A stretch of DNA of 64,000 nt from Pavona decussata (lineage: Eukaryota): NCBI GenBank assembly GCA_977016875.1, contig CDRNST010000013.1, positions 1,054,001 through 1,118,000 on the forward strand. Reading direction: 5' to 3'. The notes under the pieces are model-generated. The model saw only the letters and a list, made by a program, of their open reading frames with translations. It did not search any database and was not told the origin of the DNA. This document shows, one piece after another, positions 26,161-38,462 of this stretch; position 1 is the stretch's first letter, and each line of letters begins with the position of its first letter. Made by a program: the position numbers and the translations under genes.

Positions 26161-26937
26161 ATGACAGAGTCATCAAAGAAACGTCCCTCGAAATCTTTAA
26201 ATAATTCAATTTCTAGTACGCCTTTGAAGCCAAGTGCAAAGATGGTTAAAGTTAGTGATGAGAGTGATGTCTCCATCTCAAAATTATTCGAGTTAGTTTC
26301 GGATATGAACAAGAAATTGGACAAGCTTGACTGTATCGAGATTCATCTCTCCCGGGTTGATAAGGACATTGCGGATCTAAAGGAATCCGTTTCATTTGTG
26401 CATGGGAGCACTGATGAAATAAAGAAAGAGCAGTCGTCACAGGCTAAACTGTTACAGGATCTAAACGAAAAAGTGATGAAAATTGAAGCCCAAGCCGCAG
26501 TTCTACAACAGAATCTTGTTGACCTCCGAGCACGTTCCATGCGGTGCAATCTTCTGTTTTACAATTTGCCTGAACGAGAGGATGAAGAATCAATATCTGT
26601 TATCCAAGATGTTCTGCTAAACACCATGAAACTTGAAGGAGCTGATCAGATTGAAATTGAGAGAGCTCACAGGATGGGAAAGAAGACAGATGCACACAAG
26701 CCTCGGCCAATTGTTGCAAAATTCCTTCGATTTCAAGATAAGGAGTTCATTAGGAAGTCTGCGCACGTATTAAAAGGTTCACGAATTGGGATCTCTGAGC
26801 AATTCCCAAAAGAAATTGCGGAAAAACGCAAAGCCCTTTATCCTGTGATGAAGAAGGCTAAATCGGATGGACAAAAAACAACATTAATTAAAGACAAGCT
26901 ATTCATCAATGGTCAAAGGTACTATCACCAGGCATGA
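26161..26937 (+). CDS. LINE ORF1p (coiled coil, RRM and CTD; L1 ORF1/Transposase_22-like)
   Basis: Intact 258-aa ORF with RSMRCNLLFYNLPE, IERAHRMG, PRPIVAKF and KLFINGQ. Confidence 0.9.
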   Translation: MTESSKKRPSKSLNNSISSTPLKPSAKMVKVSDESDVSISKLFELVSDMNKKLDKLDCIEIHLSRVDKDIADLKESVSFVHGSTDEIKKEQSSQAKLLQDLNEKVMKIEAQAAVLQQNLVDLRARSMRCNLLFYNLPEREDEESISVIQDVLLNTMKLEGADQIEIERAHRMGKKTDAHKPRPIVAKFLRFQDKEFIRKSAHVLKGSRIGISEQFPKEIAEKRKALYPVMKKAKSDGQKTTLIKDKLFINGQRYYHQA

Positions 26938-27065
26938 TAAGATGTTGTTGATGACAGTTCCGGATGTCTTGCAAGGAAAGATGAGTACGGACCTACTGTG
27001 TTGAAACATTTTCTTTGTTTTTGTTTTGTCTTGTTAAAAATACTATTTTTTTCTGTGAATTATCA

Positions 27066-30000
27066 ATGTCGGATGAAATTGTAGAAGATCCTTTACCTTT
27101 TCCTATTTCACAGAACGAAGTTCCAGATAATATAAGGTCTGAAAATTTTGTCTTAGAGAAAAGAAGACTGGATAGTCTGGAATTCAAATTGTCGCAAGAA
27201 CAAGAGGGAAATGACCCCTTTGTATCTGATCCAGTGACTAATTATTCACCACGCAGGAATTTAATGATTATGTCACTGGCAAAACAAGTAACGTGCTATC
27301 CATGATTCATTTAAACATCAGAAGCATGAGAAATAAGTTTGATGATCTCCTGACTTACCTTAACTCAATAGCCTGTGAATTTTCAGTAATAGCTCTAACT
27401 GAAACATGGCTTAATGAGAATGATTATGATAACTTTGAAATCCCCGGTTATAATGCTCATAAGCTAAACAGGAAAAATAAAGTTGGAGGTGGCATTTGCA
27501 TCTTCACTAAAGATAACCTGAAAACCAAATTAAGACATGGCTTAATTAATGAAACTAGCCTCGATAATTGTGAATCCTTATTTCTTGAAATAGTGAATGC
27601 AAAAAATAAAAATGTCATGATTGGTACCATTTACCTTCCACCTAATAATAGGTTTTATTGTTTTGAAGGAGACCTTAAAGCAATTCTTTCAAAACTGGAT
27701 AAATCTGACAAACCTACCTACATTATGGGTGACTTCAATATAGATCTTTTGAAGTATAACAAATGTAGTTTTTCGAATCATTTTTATAACCACTTGGCCT
27801 CGTCAGGGTATACACCACTCATTACGAAACCAACACGTGTAACAGAAAGTACCGCTTCTTTGATTGATAACATTTATGCAAACACTCTAAACTTGAATGA
27901 ACATTTCAATGGTATTTTGTTTAGTGACCTGTCTGATCATCTTCCCATTTTTACTATCACAAATTTCAAGTTAAATCTGGACAATATAAAACCGGAGAAT
28001 AATATCTTTGGAACTAAATTAATAAATAAACGTTCTCTGGAATCTTTCTCCTGTGAACTTCAAAAACGAGATTGGGCGGAAGTATTATCAAAATACGATC
28101 CAATAATTTCTTATGATATCTTTATAAGTGAATTTTTGAAATTATACTGTAAGTGTTTCCCACTTAAGAAACTAAAAATGAGGAATATACGAGGAATTAA
28201 AAATCCATGGGCCACTAACGGCTTAATAAAATCATGTAAAACAAAAGAAAAATTATACAAAATTTTTTTAAATAACCCGACTACTGTAAATGAGAAACGG
28301 TACAAAGTATATCGTAACAAACTCAATCATTTTACACGAATCTCGAAAAAGCATTATTTTGATAACAAATTTAATCAAGCACAAAATAACTCTAAGTTGA
28401 CTTGGAATGCTATTAATGAGTTACTGAGGAAGAATCAATCGAACAAAGTCTTGCCAAATTCATTTGTGGATAATGACGACGAGCTAAATGAACCCGAAGT
28501 CATTGCAAATAAATTTAATGAATTTTTTGTGAATGTTGGTCCAAACTTAGCAAAGAATTTTAATAAGAATAGTGATGAATTTTTTAAATATTTAGAAGGG
28601 AACTATGAAAATTCCATGTTCTTAAATTATACAACAAGTGAAGAAGTTAATAGAGTGATTGATAACCTTGTAGGGAAAAATAGCTGTGGTATTGATGAAA
28701 TAAGCTGTAAAGTTATAAAATATGTTGCATCCTTTATATCAATACCACTCTCCCATATCTTTAATTTATCATTTGAAACAGGACAAATACCTGAGCAGTT
28801 AAAGACAGCTTTAGTAACGCCTCTGTATAAATCTTCTGATACTGATAAATTTTCAAACTATAGGCCAATCTCGGTCCTTCCATGTTTTTCTAAAGTATTT
28901 GAGAAAATCATGTATAAGAGGTTAACTTCATACATTGAAAAGAATGGCATTTTATCAGATCATCAGTATGGATTTAGGAGTAAAAGTTCAACCAGTCATG
29001 CAATAATTGAACTAATAGATAAAGTAACAAAGGTTATTGAAAGCAATGAGTACACCATTAGCATATTTCTAGACTTGTCAAAAGCCTTTGATACTGTCAA
29101 TCACTCCATTCTTCTGCGAAAATTGTATTTCTATGGCATACGTGGCAATTGTCATAAATGGTTAAAGAATTATCTCACAAACAGAAGACAAATTGTCAAA
29201 TATAACCAAGTAAGGTCTGCAGTTATGCCAATCACATGTGGGGTACCACAGGGATCGGTTCTTGGTCCTTTACTTTTTCTAATATACATCAATGACCTGG
29301 GTAATTGTACCAATGACCTATCTACTATTTTCTTTGCTGATGATACGAATCTTTTTATTTCTGGGAAAGACATATCAGAGATAGAATCAAACATTAATAG
29401 AGAATTAATTAAGGTTCAAAAATGGTCAATAAGCAATCAACTTACTCTAAATGTTAAGAAATCAAATTTTATTGTCTTTAAATCTCGTAGTAAAAAGCTC
29501 AAAAAGGAGCTTATATTAAATTAAATAACAAGACTTTAGAAAGAGTTAAACAAACGAAGTTTTTGGGAATCATAGTTGATGAACACTTGACATGGAAAGA
29601 TCACATTGATTATGTTACTTTAAAAATAATAAGAATTTGCGGAATTCTACGAAGAATTCGCTTTTTTCTGAACCAATCAACACTAAAATTATTATATTAT
29701 AGCTTAATATACCCTTACCTACACTATGGAAATATAGTTTGGGCTAATAACTTTCCCACATGGTTAGAAAACTTATTTAAGCTGCAAAAGAAAATTTTAA
29801 GAATCATCACTTTCTCTCCTTATAATACACCATCTCTTCCACTTTTCAATAAGTTGGAAATTCTAAACATACACCGAATAAATGATCTCTTGATTTCTTC
29901 ATTCAGTTACAACCTGGTCAACAATGCTCTTCCACCTTATTTTAATAATTTTTGTATTATTAATGCAGAACTTCACAATTATCATACAAGAAGTTCAAGA

Positions 30001-30159
30001 AAGCTACACAAAACTTTTAATAGGACAAATTATAGTGTTTATTCAACTTGCAACAAAGTAACTAATACTTGGAATAATATTCCTGCACCTATTAAGCAAT
30101 CAAATAGTGTTTTTATTTTCAACAAGAATATGAAAAAGTTTTTGATTTCTGGTGCTTAA
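27066..30159 (+). pseudogene. LINE ORF2p, APE endonuclease plus reverse transcriptase (frameshifts at ~27290 and ~29510)
   Basis: HLNIRS, LTETWL, MGDFNIDLL, SDHLPIF; NYRPISVLP, FLDLSKAFDTV, GVPQGSVLGPLLFLIYIND, FFADDT. Confidence 0.95.
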
Positions 30160-31041
30160 CGCTTTTGGACAATTTTACTTTATTATACTCGCTACTGGTA
30201 ATACTGAAATAATGATTAGATCAAGCCTTGGCTACATATAGTTAACGTATATCGTACAATACCATTAACAAGTAATGTACCGATACGTATTAATTAATTT
30301 TAAAGTTATGTATTGTAATAGGGGAACTGCCTTGTAAAAGCCCGCAAGGGTTTCTTCAGTTTCCCTTCCAAATAGTTATCTTATTTTGTCACATTTCACA
30401 TTGTAAATGATTTCAAATATGGGTAAATAAACAATCAATCAATCAATAACCTCTATTAAACACACACGCTGACACAGGACTCTTGTGGGAAACACATCCG
30501 GTTTTTAGTTTGCACAGTCTTAAGATCTCAAAAAATATTCATTGAGATAAATTTATGGTTGCCGCAGTCAGGAAAAACCAGTCAGGAAAATACTTAATGC
30601 TACCTCATTCAGTTAAAAGTAAATGAATATTTGAAATGAGATGAACTGTTGACAAAGATAACGTGTGGTCAAAAATATTTGCAAAGGAACTGATTTTCTT
30701 ATTTCCAAAGTATATGACTGTCTTCTATGGACCGTGGAAGTCAGTGGTCAGTAAAACGAGTGGCAACTCGTGATTTTGGTTATTGAAATTTTCACCCTTG
30801 TCCACACTTACTTGCGCAGCATTGCCTACAGAGAGTTCTCTCATTTGGTCTATGGTTACCTTGGAGACCGTCGGGTTCCTCTTCCTGCCTCTGCCTATAC
30901 AGCAATGAGAAAACAATTTCCTGCAGCTAAAGAAGACTCATTTACTGGATTTGACCTTGATGAAGAGACGTAGTCTATTATGTCTCGACCGCAAGTTGCT
31001 TAATTAGTTCAAGAAAAGTGCACAAAACACCAATTACCAGT

Positions 31042-31248
31042 GCCTGGTTGTTCGAAAGCTGATAAGCGCTAATCCACAACTAAAAGTTGATCAGGTTTTC
31101 ATCTCATGCATTACAAATGACGTAAAGGCTAATGCCAACCTAAAGGTGCTGAAAGGTAAAAAAAAAGTCCAAGTCTATACTGACCTTAAGAAGAATCTTT
31201 ATTGATTAGTAATTAAACTTGAATCAAAGTTCACGTTAATCCAGGATT
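31042..31248. mobile_element. MITE fragment interrupted by Harbinger B
   Basis: GCCTGGTTGTTCGAAAGCTGATAAGCGCTAATCC end, with the reciprocal TAATCCAGGATTAG cut at the Harbinger B terminus. Confidence 0.5.
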
Positions 31249-31780
31249 AGGGAGCTTAAGCAACCACGACGATGACTGGGAGGACGACGACCGGAAGTAG
31301 GGTGAGCGTTACTGCGCGGGTGCAGCCAAAGAAGGTCGTCCTGATCACGTCAACGACGTCAGAAGTAGTAGTTTCTTGTTGTTGTGAATTAAAGAGTTTA
31401 CTGCTCACTAAAAGGTATGAATTTACTATCATTTGTCACAGTTTATAACTGATTGGAGTTTTAATTCTCTTGTGCGTTTTTTTCAAGCTCCTTTGTTCGG
31501 TTTGATGAAGAGAACAAATTTATTTGAATCATTGCTTTCCCTTCACACAGATGACAAGTGAGTCGAGCCAGGCGGGGGAGAAAGCTAACTTAAAGACGTA
31601 AGCATGAGTTTATTTTCAAGTTCTTTGATTGAAGAGTACTGATTTTCATTTTTCTTGAATGAAGATATTTAGATGGTTATACTATACACTTAAATGTTTA
31701 ATTGCAAATTGAAAATTATCGGAAGTAACTTGCAGATTAACCTTTCAAGCGGCAAGTGATTTTATCAGATTGTTTACAGT

Positions 31781-32008
31781 AGAGATTTTACCATCGCGTA
31801 CGGCAAACATCAAACGCCAGGCTGAAATTTTCTCTTTGATGTAAAACAATGAAGCTTTTTTTGGTTTAAGTTTATCTCCACCCAGTAGGCGACAGCTTTC
31901 GAGCAAACACGAAAAAGGAAGTGAGTACAAGAAACACAAGTTTATGCATTTTAGAACAAACAGCGGCTTGACGTTTGGCGTTAGCCGTCAATGCAAAGCT
32001 AAATCTCT
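31781..32008. mobile_element. Small MITE inside Harbinger B
   Basis: AGAGATTT..CGGCAAACATCAAACG / TTGACGTTTGGCGTTAGCCGT..AAATCTCT inverted ends. Confidence 0.55.
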
Positions 32009-32611
32009 GTAGTACCTAGGGTTAAAGGCTCTCGAGTTTTGCAAATTGGTTTACAAACTATTGAAATGATTTAACACCATTGTACTACTAAAAGGTCTTT
32101 TAAAAATTGATTTCAAGGGAGAACGCGTGAGACCGCCCATTGATAGAACTACTCGATGTCTGTCGTTGTCATTTAACTTGCCAAATAAAGTTAAGCTTAC
32201 ATTAAATTAAATAGACAAAAATAAATAACCCTATATCATTCTGAAAATCAGACAAACATGGCACAAAATCAGTGATATCCCAGAAGTTTCAAATGTCAAA
32301 TAATCTCCGTACAACATAGTATTTTTTTTTTTTTTGGTGTTTAAATGCAATTCAGGCGCTACACGTTTAGCAAAGAACTCGCAGATGAAATTTAAGGCTG
32401 TACACTGAAATGAAGATATGCCAGAAATTGAGTAATTTGTGTTCGATCTTCATATTTAGCGGTAAATTTGACAGCAAAATTTCAAAATGCTTTTACAGCC
32501 AAATATATGAAAGAGGTTTTAAAAAGTGGATTAATTTATTTCTAGCAAACCTCACATGACTTTCTGCTAGACTCAATAAAAACAAACATTTTTTTTATTT
32601 ACTTTGGTAGG

Positions 32612-33323
32612 AATCCAAACTTTGTGTGGAGTAATGAACACGATATTGTAATGTGCCGAGAGGTTCTTATTGTTGAACCTTACCGATTTAAGATCAGAGG
32701 CCCCGAAAGAGGAAAGGCTTGGGAGTCATTGGCAGAAACGTTGAACGAAATGTCATCTTTATCTTCAAAGTTCAAGGTAACTGCACGGTCTGTCCGCGCC
32801 CGCTGCAACCTGCTAACCAAGAAAATGCAGGCCAAACTGAAAAGTGAAGAGAAAGCTAGTGAAATTGATGTGGAAACTACGGAGCTTGATAATCTATTAG
32901 AAGAAATTTTAGAAAAGAAGAAAGCTGCCAAGGAGAAGTTAGAGAGTGATGAGGATAATAATAAGAAAGCAGTTGAGAATGACAAGGTAGCAGAATAGAA
33001 CGAATGGGACAAACTGCCAGAAGAAAGAAGGAAGGTGATGACTCGGAAGTGCTAAAGAAAAAGAAGAGTCAAAGGAGCACAGTAGATGCCGTGGAGTATT
33101 TAAAGGGATTCTTCTGAAAAACCAAGAACTGGAACTCAGGAAGAAAGAGCAGGAGAATATGATGGAGAGGGAAAAGGAAAAGAACCAGAATCAAGAAAAG
33201 CTGATCTCCACCATGGTTTAGCAGCAACAGGAACAACAACAAATGATGATGATGATGATACATCAACAGCAGCAACAGTCACAGGCAATGTTAGCTTTAA
33301 TGCAAAAACGTGCTCCAAAGTAA
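32612..33323 (+). pseudogene. Myb/SANT-like accessory protein of Harbinger B
   Basis: WSNEHDIVMCREVL..PY..RGKAWESLAETLN..F.VT.RSVR.R..LL, then a coiled coil and a Q/M-rich tail. Confidence 0.8.
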
Positions 33324-33566
33324 CTTTTAGAAGTTTGCTTGCTGAACAGTGTAGTTGAGTTTAAGTTTTAAATGTCCCTTTGATGCATTAAAAATAAATT
33401 TATAGATCATGTTGTCTTTTACACATCGCCGAAAACCTCAGTTTAAGTTGTGTTTATACAATACAGAAATGTTTAACTACTATTGCTGGGGAGAAATATC
33501 ACATGCTCTCCCTTTGATGTAACAGCAATTCTGTTTAAAAAAGAAATGAACATTTCATTGACTTAT

Positions 33567-34720
33567 CAAGAGAAATACTCTTCCAGTGTTGGTGGGTCGA
33601 GATCAAAAAAGGTGGCCGTTTGGTTGCCATAAAGACAGGTAAGGGCATTCTGTAGCAGAGCAGAAAAAACATACATTTTCCCAATGCTACTGAGCCCAAT
33701 AGTTGATAATATCCCCAAATAGCCATTCAACAGAAGACCTTACAGCACTCATTGCAGTGTTGTATGCCTTCATGTGATCTGTAATAACTCCAAATCTGAA
33801 TGGGCCCTGAAGATGTACTTTAAGGGGGAAGGCGGGGTCCCCATAGAGACACATCGGTTGACCACCGTGGGAAAAGGCGTACTGTTGTAGGTCTTGCAAC
33901 AGTCCTGAATCTGCAAGCATTGATGCATCGTGCTTTCTTTCTTCTGCAACAAACAGAGTAGACAAAACAGTTACAATAACTAATGCCTGTTATTTACAAA
34001 GGAAGACACATCTTAACCTCCAAATTTATATAAAAAAGAAGAGCAATTTAGCTCACCTACTGGACCATACATATATCCAATTAATCCATTAGGTAACGCC
34101 AAGGATTGAAACTTTATAGCATGGACCCTCTTATGACCATTGTACAGTATCGGCTGATTCTCTCTCGGTCGTGCAAATTGGCCTCATGGTGCCATCGATG
34201 AAGCCAAAGCAGTTGTTCAAAAGTGCACCTCTTGAAGTGATAGCCGCTGCGTACGTCTCAAGGTGATCGGGATCCAAGACGTCAAGATTTCAGTGGGTTA
34301 GCCGTTAGCCATGTACATCATATACGTGGTCGATCAAAATATTTGTAACCATGCTGATTACTGGAATTGGCTTAGCGAATCTCAGAATCATATCTCCGTA
34401 TCTGCAAGGGTATGATAACCGCCTCAACAGCATACATAAGCCTTCTATACCACCACAAATCGACCTTTGATCACATCGTATGGTTTCAAGAATTTCCAGA
34501 ACATCGGCAAGTAAGTGTATATCTCTTTTCTTGAATCGGAATTCAGCAAGACATTCTGACTCGGCCATCTCATCTAAGTCAAATTTCGGGTAAGCATCGT
34601 AAGGTTAGTCCGGATTTCTTGGCTTAAACAGGTCGTAGAGAACCAAAAATTCCTCATTGCCAATGAAATCTAATCCACGACTAAGAAGACATAGATTTTG
34701 GATGTCTCTAAACGATGTCA
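33567..34720 (-). pseudogene. Harbinger B DDE_Tnp_4 transposase (one intron at ~33945-34037)
   Basis: EFRFKK.D..GLCMLLRRLSYPCRY; CFGFIDGT; YNGHKRVHAIKFQS; KHDASML; LYGDPA; AMSAVRSSVEWLFG. Confidence 0.9.
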
Positions 34721-34864
34721 TTTCTTGTAAAGAAGCGAAACTGAACGAAGGTTTCAAACCTTGTCATCCTTGAAAACTTCACTGCTTAAGTTTCTTTTTC
34801 TCACCTAAAATGACGTTCTCGTTCCAGTCCCTCCACGTTTACTTGCCGTCGTTGTCCTCCCGGT

Positions 34865-35642
34865 TTCCTGAACAGAATCTACACTGGTCTGTTGGAACTC
34901 TTTCTTGAATGTCTAGAACTCTGTTTCCTACGAAAACTTTCCACTTTGAACTTCGACCTTTATCCATGAAAGCGCGATCTGGCTGTCTGACCAGGCATAA
35001 ACTGCTTCCGTCGTTAGTCGGAGAGCTTGCACGACCTAACTTAACAGCTTGGCAGTTATAAATGCAGCAAGGAGTTCTAATCTTGGTAAAGTCACTCGTT
35101 TAGCTGGCGCAACTATGGACTTGGCCATAACTAAATTAGAAATTCTCTTGCCTTCTTCGTCTTCAGCACAAAGGTAAACTGCTGATCCATAGCCTTCTGA
35201 CTGGCGTCGCCAAATCCATGGAGCTCCACTTTATCAACGGATGAAAAACCATGCAGTAACCATCTAGGAACTTTAATGTGACTCATGTCAGTCAATTCTT
35301 GCTTCCAAGTCTCCCATACCTCAGCGATATCAGGGTCCAGTGGCTGATCCCAGTCTAGGCCTCGAGGCCAAAAGTTCCTGGAACAACAACTTTGATGTCA
35401 TCAGAAACAGAGCCACCAACCCCATAGGATCAAACGCTCTAGAGCAGAGGCTAATTAAACTTCTCTTTGTCTTGGGATCTACCTCGGCTAGGATACTGGA
35501 AAGGTTTGTGAACATCAAAACATCATCCCGTGTGTTCCATGACGTTCCTAGTGCTTTTAGGGAGTCTGAAATCTTTTCTGGGCTGGTAGCTGGAAGAAGT
35601 GTTGGTGCCCTCTCTTGCAAAGGAGTTGCTTTCATCATCTCC
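34865..35642 (-). pseudogene. BEL-A continuation (end of RT plus RNase H), inverted relative to 10141-12866
   Basis: KALGTSWN..TKRSLISL..FDPMG..ELHGFGDAS..YGSAVY..TLPRLELLAA..WSDSQIAL, the region expected right after the YVDD motif. Confidence 0.85.
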
Positions 35643-35812
35643 CGTCATGTTATTCAAATTGATTTATTCGAGCGCGTGATCTCCTCCAATTACTAGAATG
35701 AAATATCTTACTTGTGAAAACACCCATTAACTTTCAGTTGCTTAACGAAGTCGGTAAACAAAACACCCTCAGGAATGTTAAGGGAGACATCCAGTGTCGT
35801 GAAAACACAACC
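35643..35812 (-). mobile_element. Harbinger A left end, displaced by the inversion
   Basis: Minus-strand GGTTGTGTTTTCACGA at 35812 interrupts the BEL-B frame after ..KVLKCLNN. Flanks AAT (here) and AAG (19674) form a 3-bp TSD with one mismatch. Confidence 0.75.
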
Positions 35813-38462
35813 ATTGTTCAGACATTTCAACACTTTTGTAGAGTCAGTCCAGAAATTTACTTGATCGATCTTGATTTCCAACTCTTCACGTATGATTTGG
35901 TTCAGCTTAACTGAGATAATTGCTGCAGATAATTCCAACCTTGGAATAGTGATCTCATAGATGGGGCCAGTCGAGCCTTTGCTATGACAAAGCTACAATG
36001 GATTCTGTCGAAGACATCAACAAACCACAGGTAAGCTACTGCTCCATACCCTACACGTGATTTATCTGAGAAAATGTGGAGCTGAACACTCTTTGCTTCA
36101 ACAAAGTCTTTCAGCTCAAGAGTCGTTCAGTTTGAAGTCCTTGTCATTCTTGAAGGTCTTCTAGCCAGTGCAACCATTGAACCCTTTCTTGTTCATTAAT
36201 GGCACTATCCCAACCTAGCCTTTTCCGGCAAAGTTCTTGTAGCAATAACTTGGCCTTCATTATGAAGGGGGCAATGAAACCAAGTGGATCAAACAACGAA
36301 CTCATGATTGACAAGATCCCACGTCTAGCCATTGGCTTCTCTTCCAGTAGTCGCTGAACTTTGGCTGACACCCCCCAGACAAACTTGTCAGGTTATACGT
36401 TCCACTTCGAACCAAGCACACACCCAGTCGGTAAATTTTCTAGGTCCAGGTTGACCACTGAACTTGTTCTTTCTGATTATGGTATTCCAGCTAACATGTT
36501 CCATTCATTGCTAAGCAACTTTGTCAACCTGAAGCCACTTTTCGCCAACAATTCACATAGTTGTGTAGACAGACTTAACGCAATCTCTGGTGAACTGACA
36601 GATTTCATCAAATCATCAACATACATGTTCTTCTTCACGATTTGGGCTGTTACAGGGTCGAATTCTGCCTGATAAATCGATGCTGTTTTCTTTAGGCAGA
36701 AGTTTGCACAACTTGGCGATGAGGTCGCGCCAAATAGGTGTTTCCTCATACGCTACTCCTGTGGTTTCTCATTTAAGTCTCCATTGGGCCACCAAAGGAA
36801 TCTTAATACATCACTGTCTTCAGGGTCAACATAAACTTGGTGAAACATAGCCTCAATATCGGCTGCCATGGCAACAAATTCTTGGTGAAACCCGATCAAC
36901 ACACCTAATAATGAATTCGTTAAGTCAGGGCCTCGTAACAATTGCTGATTGAGGGAAGTTCCATGGTACTTTGCACCACAATCAAAAACCACTCTGACTT
37001 TTCCTGGTTTCAACTGGTGTGTCACAGGGTGATGTGGAAGGTACCACACGGGTCGTTCTTTTGCATCTAACTCTTCCCTTGGGACTCTCTGGTCGTGTCC
37101 CCTTGCTATGTAGTCTTGCATCGCGGTTCAGTACTTAGTAAGCAAATCTTCATCCTTAAGCAATCGTTTCTCCAGAAGTTGTAACCTCTGTTCTGCCATT
37201 GGTTTATTGTTGAGGAAATATGGTGATTCTTCACGCCATGGCAGGGAAACTTGGAAGTAGTCAACCACTCTTAGCAGGGATTGTTCCATCTTGTTCAAGG
37301 CTTTGTTCTCTTCAACTGATGGAAGGGTGTCTATTCCAACAGCAGCGTCCTCAAAATCTGTTTCCAAAGCTGCTCGAGTTGGCTATGCAAGATTTTGTTA
37401 TCAGTGTCATGTTTAACATATTCCTTTGGCTGAAGGAAGTTCACATGCATTTGATGTTTTGCTTCATTGCTGTCTTGTCCTTACTCTCCATTAACAGTTT
37501 TCTCTTGCTTCCTTGTGAAATCTGCTTTCCTTCCATTAAACCAGTTTCTCTGTCGAGGAAAGTTTCATTACACAAATGTTCAAACGGCCCGATGTTGGGG
37601 TGGACTCCTTCTTGAGTTAACTGACTTTCCCTTGTGTGGACAAAGTTCACAGAACAGCTGCGATATCCTTTCTGATCCTCCATTGGACCCATCACTGTCC
37701 ATCCTAAGCTGTATCGCATAGCTATCGGCTCATTGCGTTCACCTCAAGTGGAAGGAACAGGCCGGGATTCTCCTTCAGACCAATCAACAGCATCACTTCT
37801 CCAGTTTCTATCACTGGAATGTCAATATCTCGAAGGTGAGGCCAGCGAGCAAGGTATTCTGTCTTCACGATGCAACTTGTAGAAATTGTCATGTTATTGA
37901 CTGTTCTTACATTCGACAATTTAACAGTAACTGATTCATTCATAGACTTCACAACCAAATCTACAAGGCAACTTTCCACGTGCGCTGAACCCATCATTCC
38001 AGTCAAAGTGAAACTAAGTCTATCTCCATCAAGCTTAAGTCTTTTGCTAGCCTTTCGTGGCACAGTGTCACCTCTGAACCATTGTCAAGCAAGGCATATG
38101 TTTCAACCATCCTGTCACCGCCTTTTCCTTGAACTTTGACTGACATGATCCCAAGACACACTCGGTTTTCTCAGGGCCCAGTTGTTGCCCTAGCAGTTTC
38201 TCTATGGTTGCCGGCCCCAAAAACATTAAACGGTGAAGCATTTCCTTGTCTTAATAGTGACCATTCCAGTCAAGGTTCGATTAGCATTGTCCAAGTGTCT
38301 ACCAAATTACAATAAGGAAGGTCCATCCACATTCTTCAGGCTAGGAAAACGTAGCAGCTTCTTAATTTGTGCATCTGCAATTATATGCGGCTTTCCAAAA
38401 TTCTTGCGCAATGTTTCCTTTGCCACTTGATAACCATCAGAAACAGGTAAATTTGCACAGCC

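Larger units (their letters stand above)
26141..30447 (+). mobile_element. Near full-length CR1/L2-group LINE in KolX intron 2
   Basis: ORF1 plus APE-RT ORF2; AATAAA followed by a (CAAT)n tail at 30426-30447. Confidence 0.9.
25469..30973 (+). pseudogene. KolX / P2X7-ballast-like Cys-rich protein; exons 25469-25764, 25842-26102 and ~30806-30973
   Basis: YAEEPLADEEW..W|CSCQNC..ECYCCKE..CITDHPRFNPVCL..|YLRSIAYREF..VYGYLG.RRVPLPA.AY..MRKQFP..FTGF. Canonical GT/AG at intron 1 and an in-frame stop at ~25876. Confidence 0.85.
25176..31040 (+). mobile_element. Kolobok element, second (originally right) end with the KolX gene; partner of the TIR at 9456
   Basis: AGTGCCCCTAACCCCTAATT at 25176-25195 is identical to 9456-9475 and is preceded by TTTA. 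Confidence 0.75.
31249..34864 (-). mobile_element. PIF/Harbinger-superfamily element B (Myb gene plus transposase); right terminus truncated
   Basis: Terminus AGGGAGCTTAAGCAACCACGACG..GGAGGACGACGACCGGAAGT. The partial inverse ACTTGCCGTCGTTGTCCTCCCGGT lies at 34841-34864. Confidence 0.8.

Noticed and set aside
33220-33290. CAA/GAT/CAG triplet runs or a poly-His ORF on the minus strand
   Set aside because: This is the Q/M-rich tail of the Harbinger B Myb protein on the plus strand.
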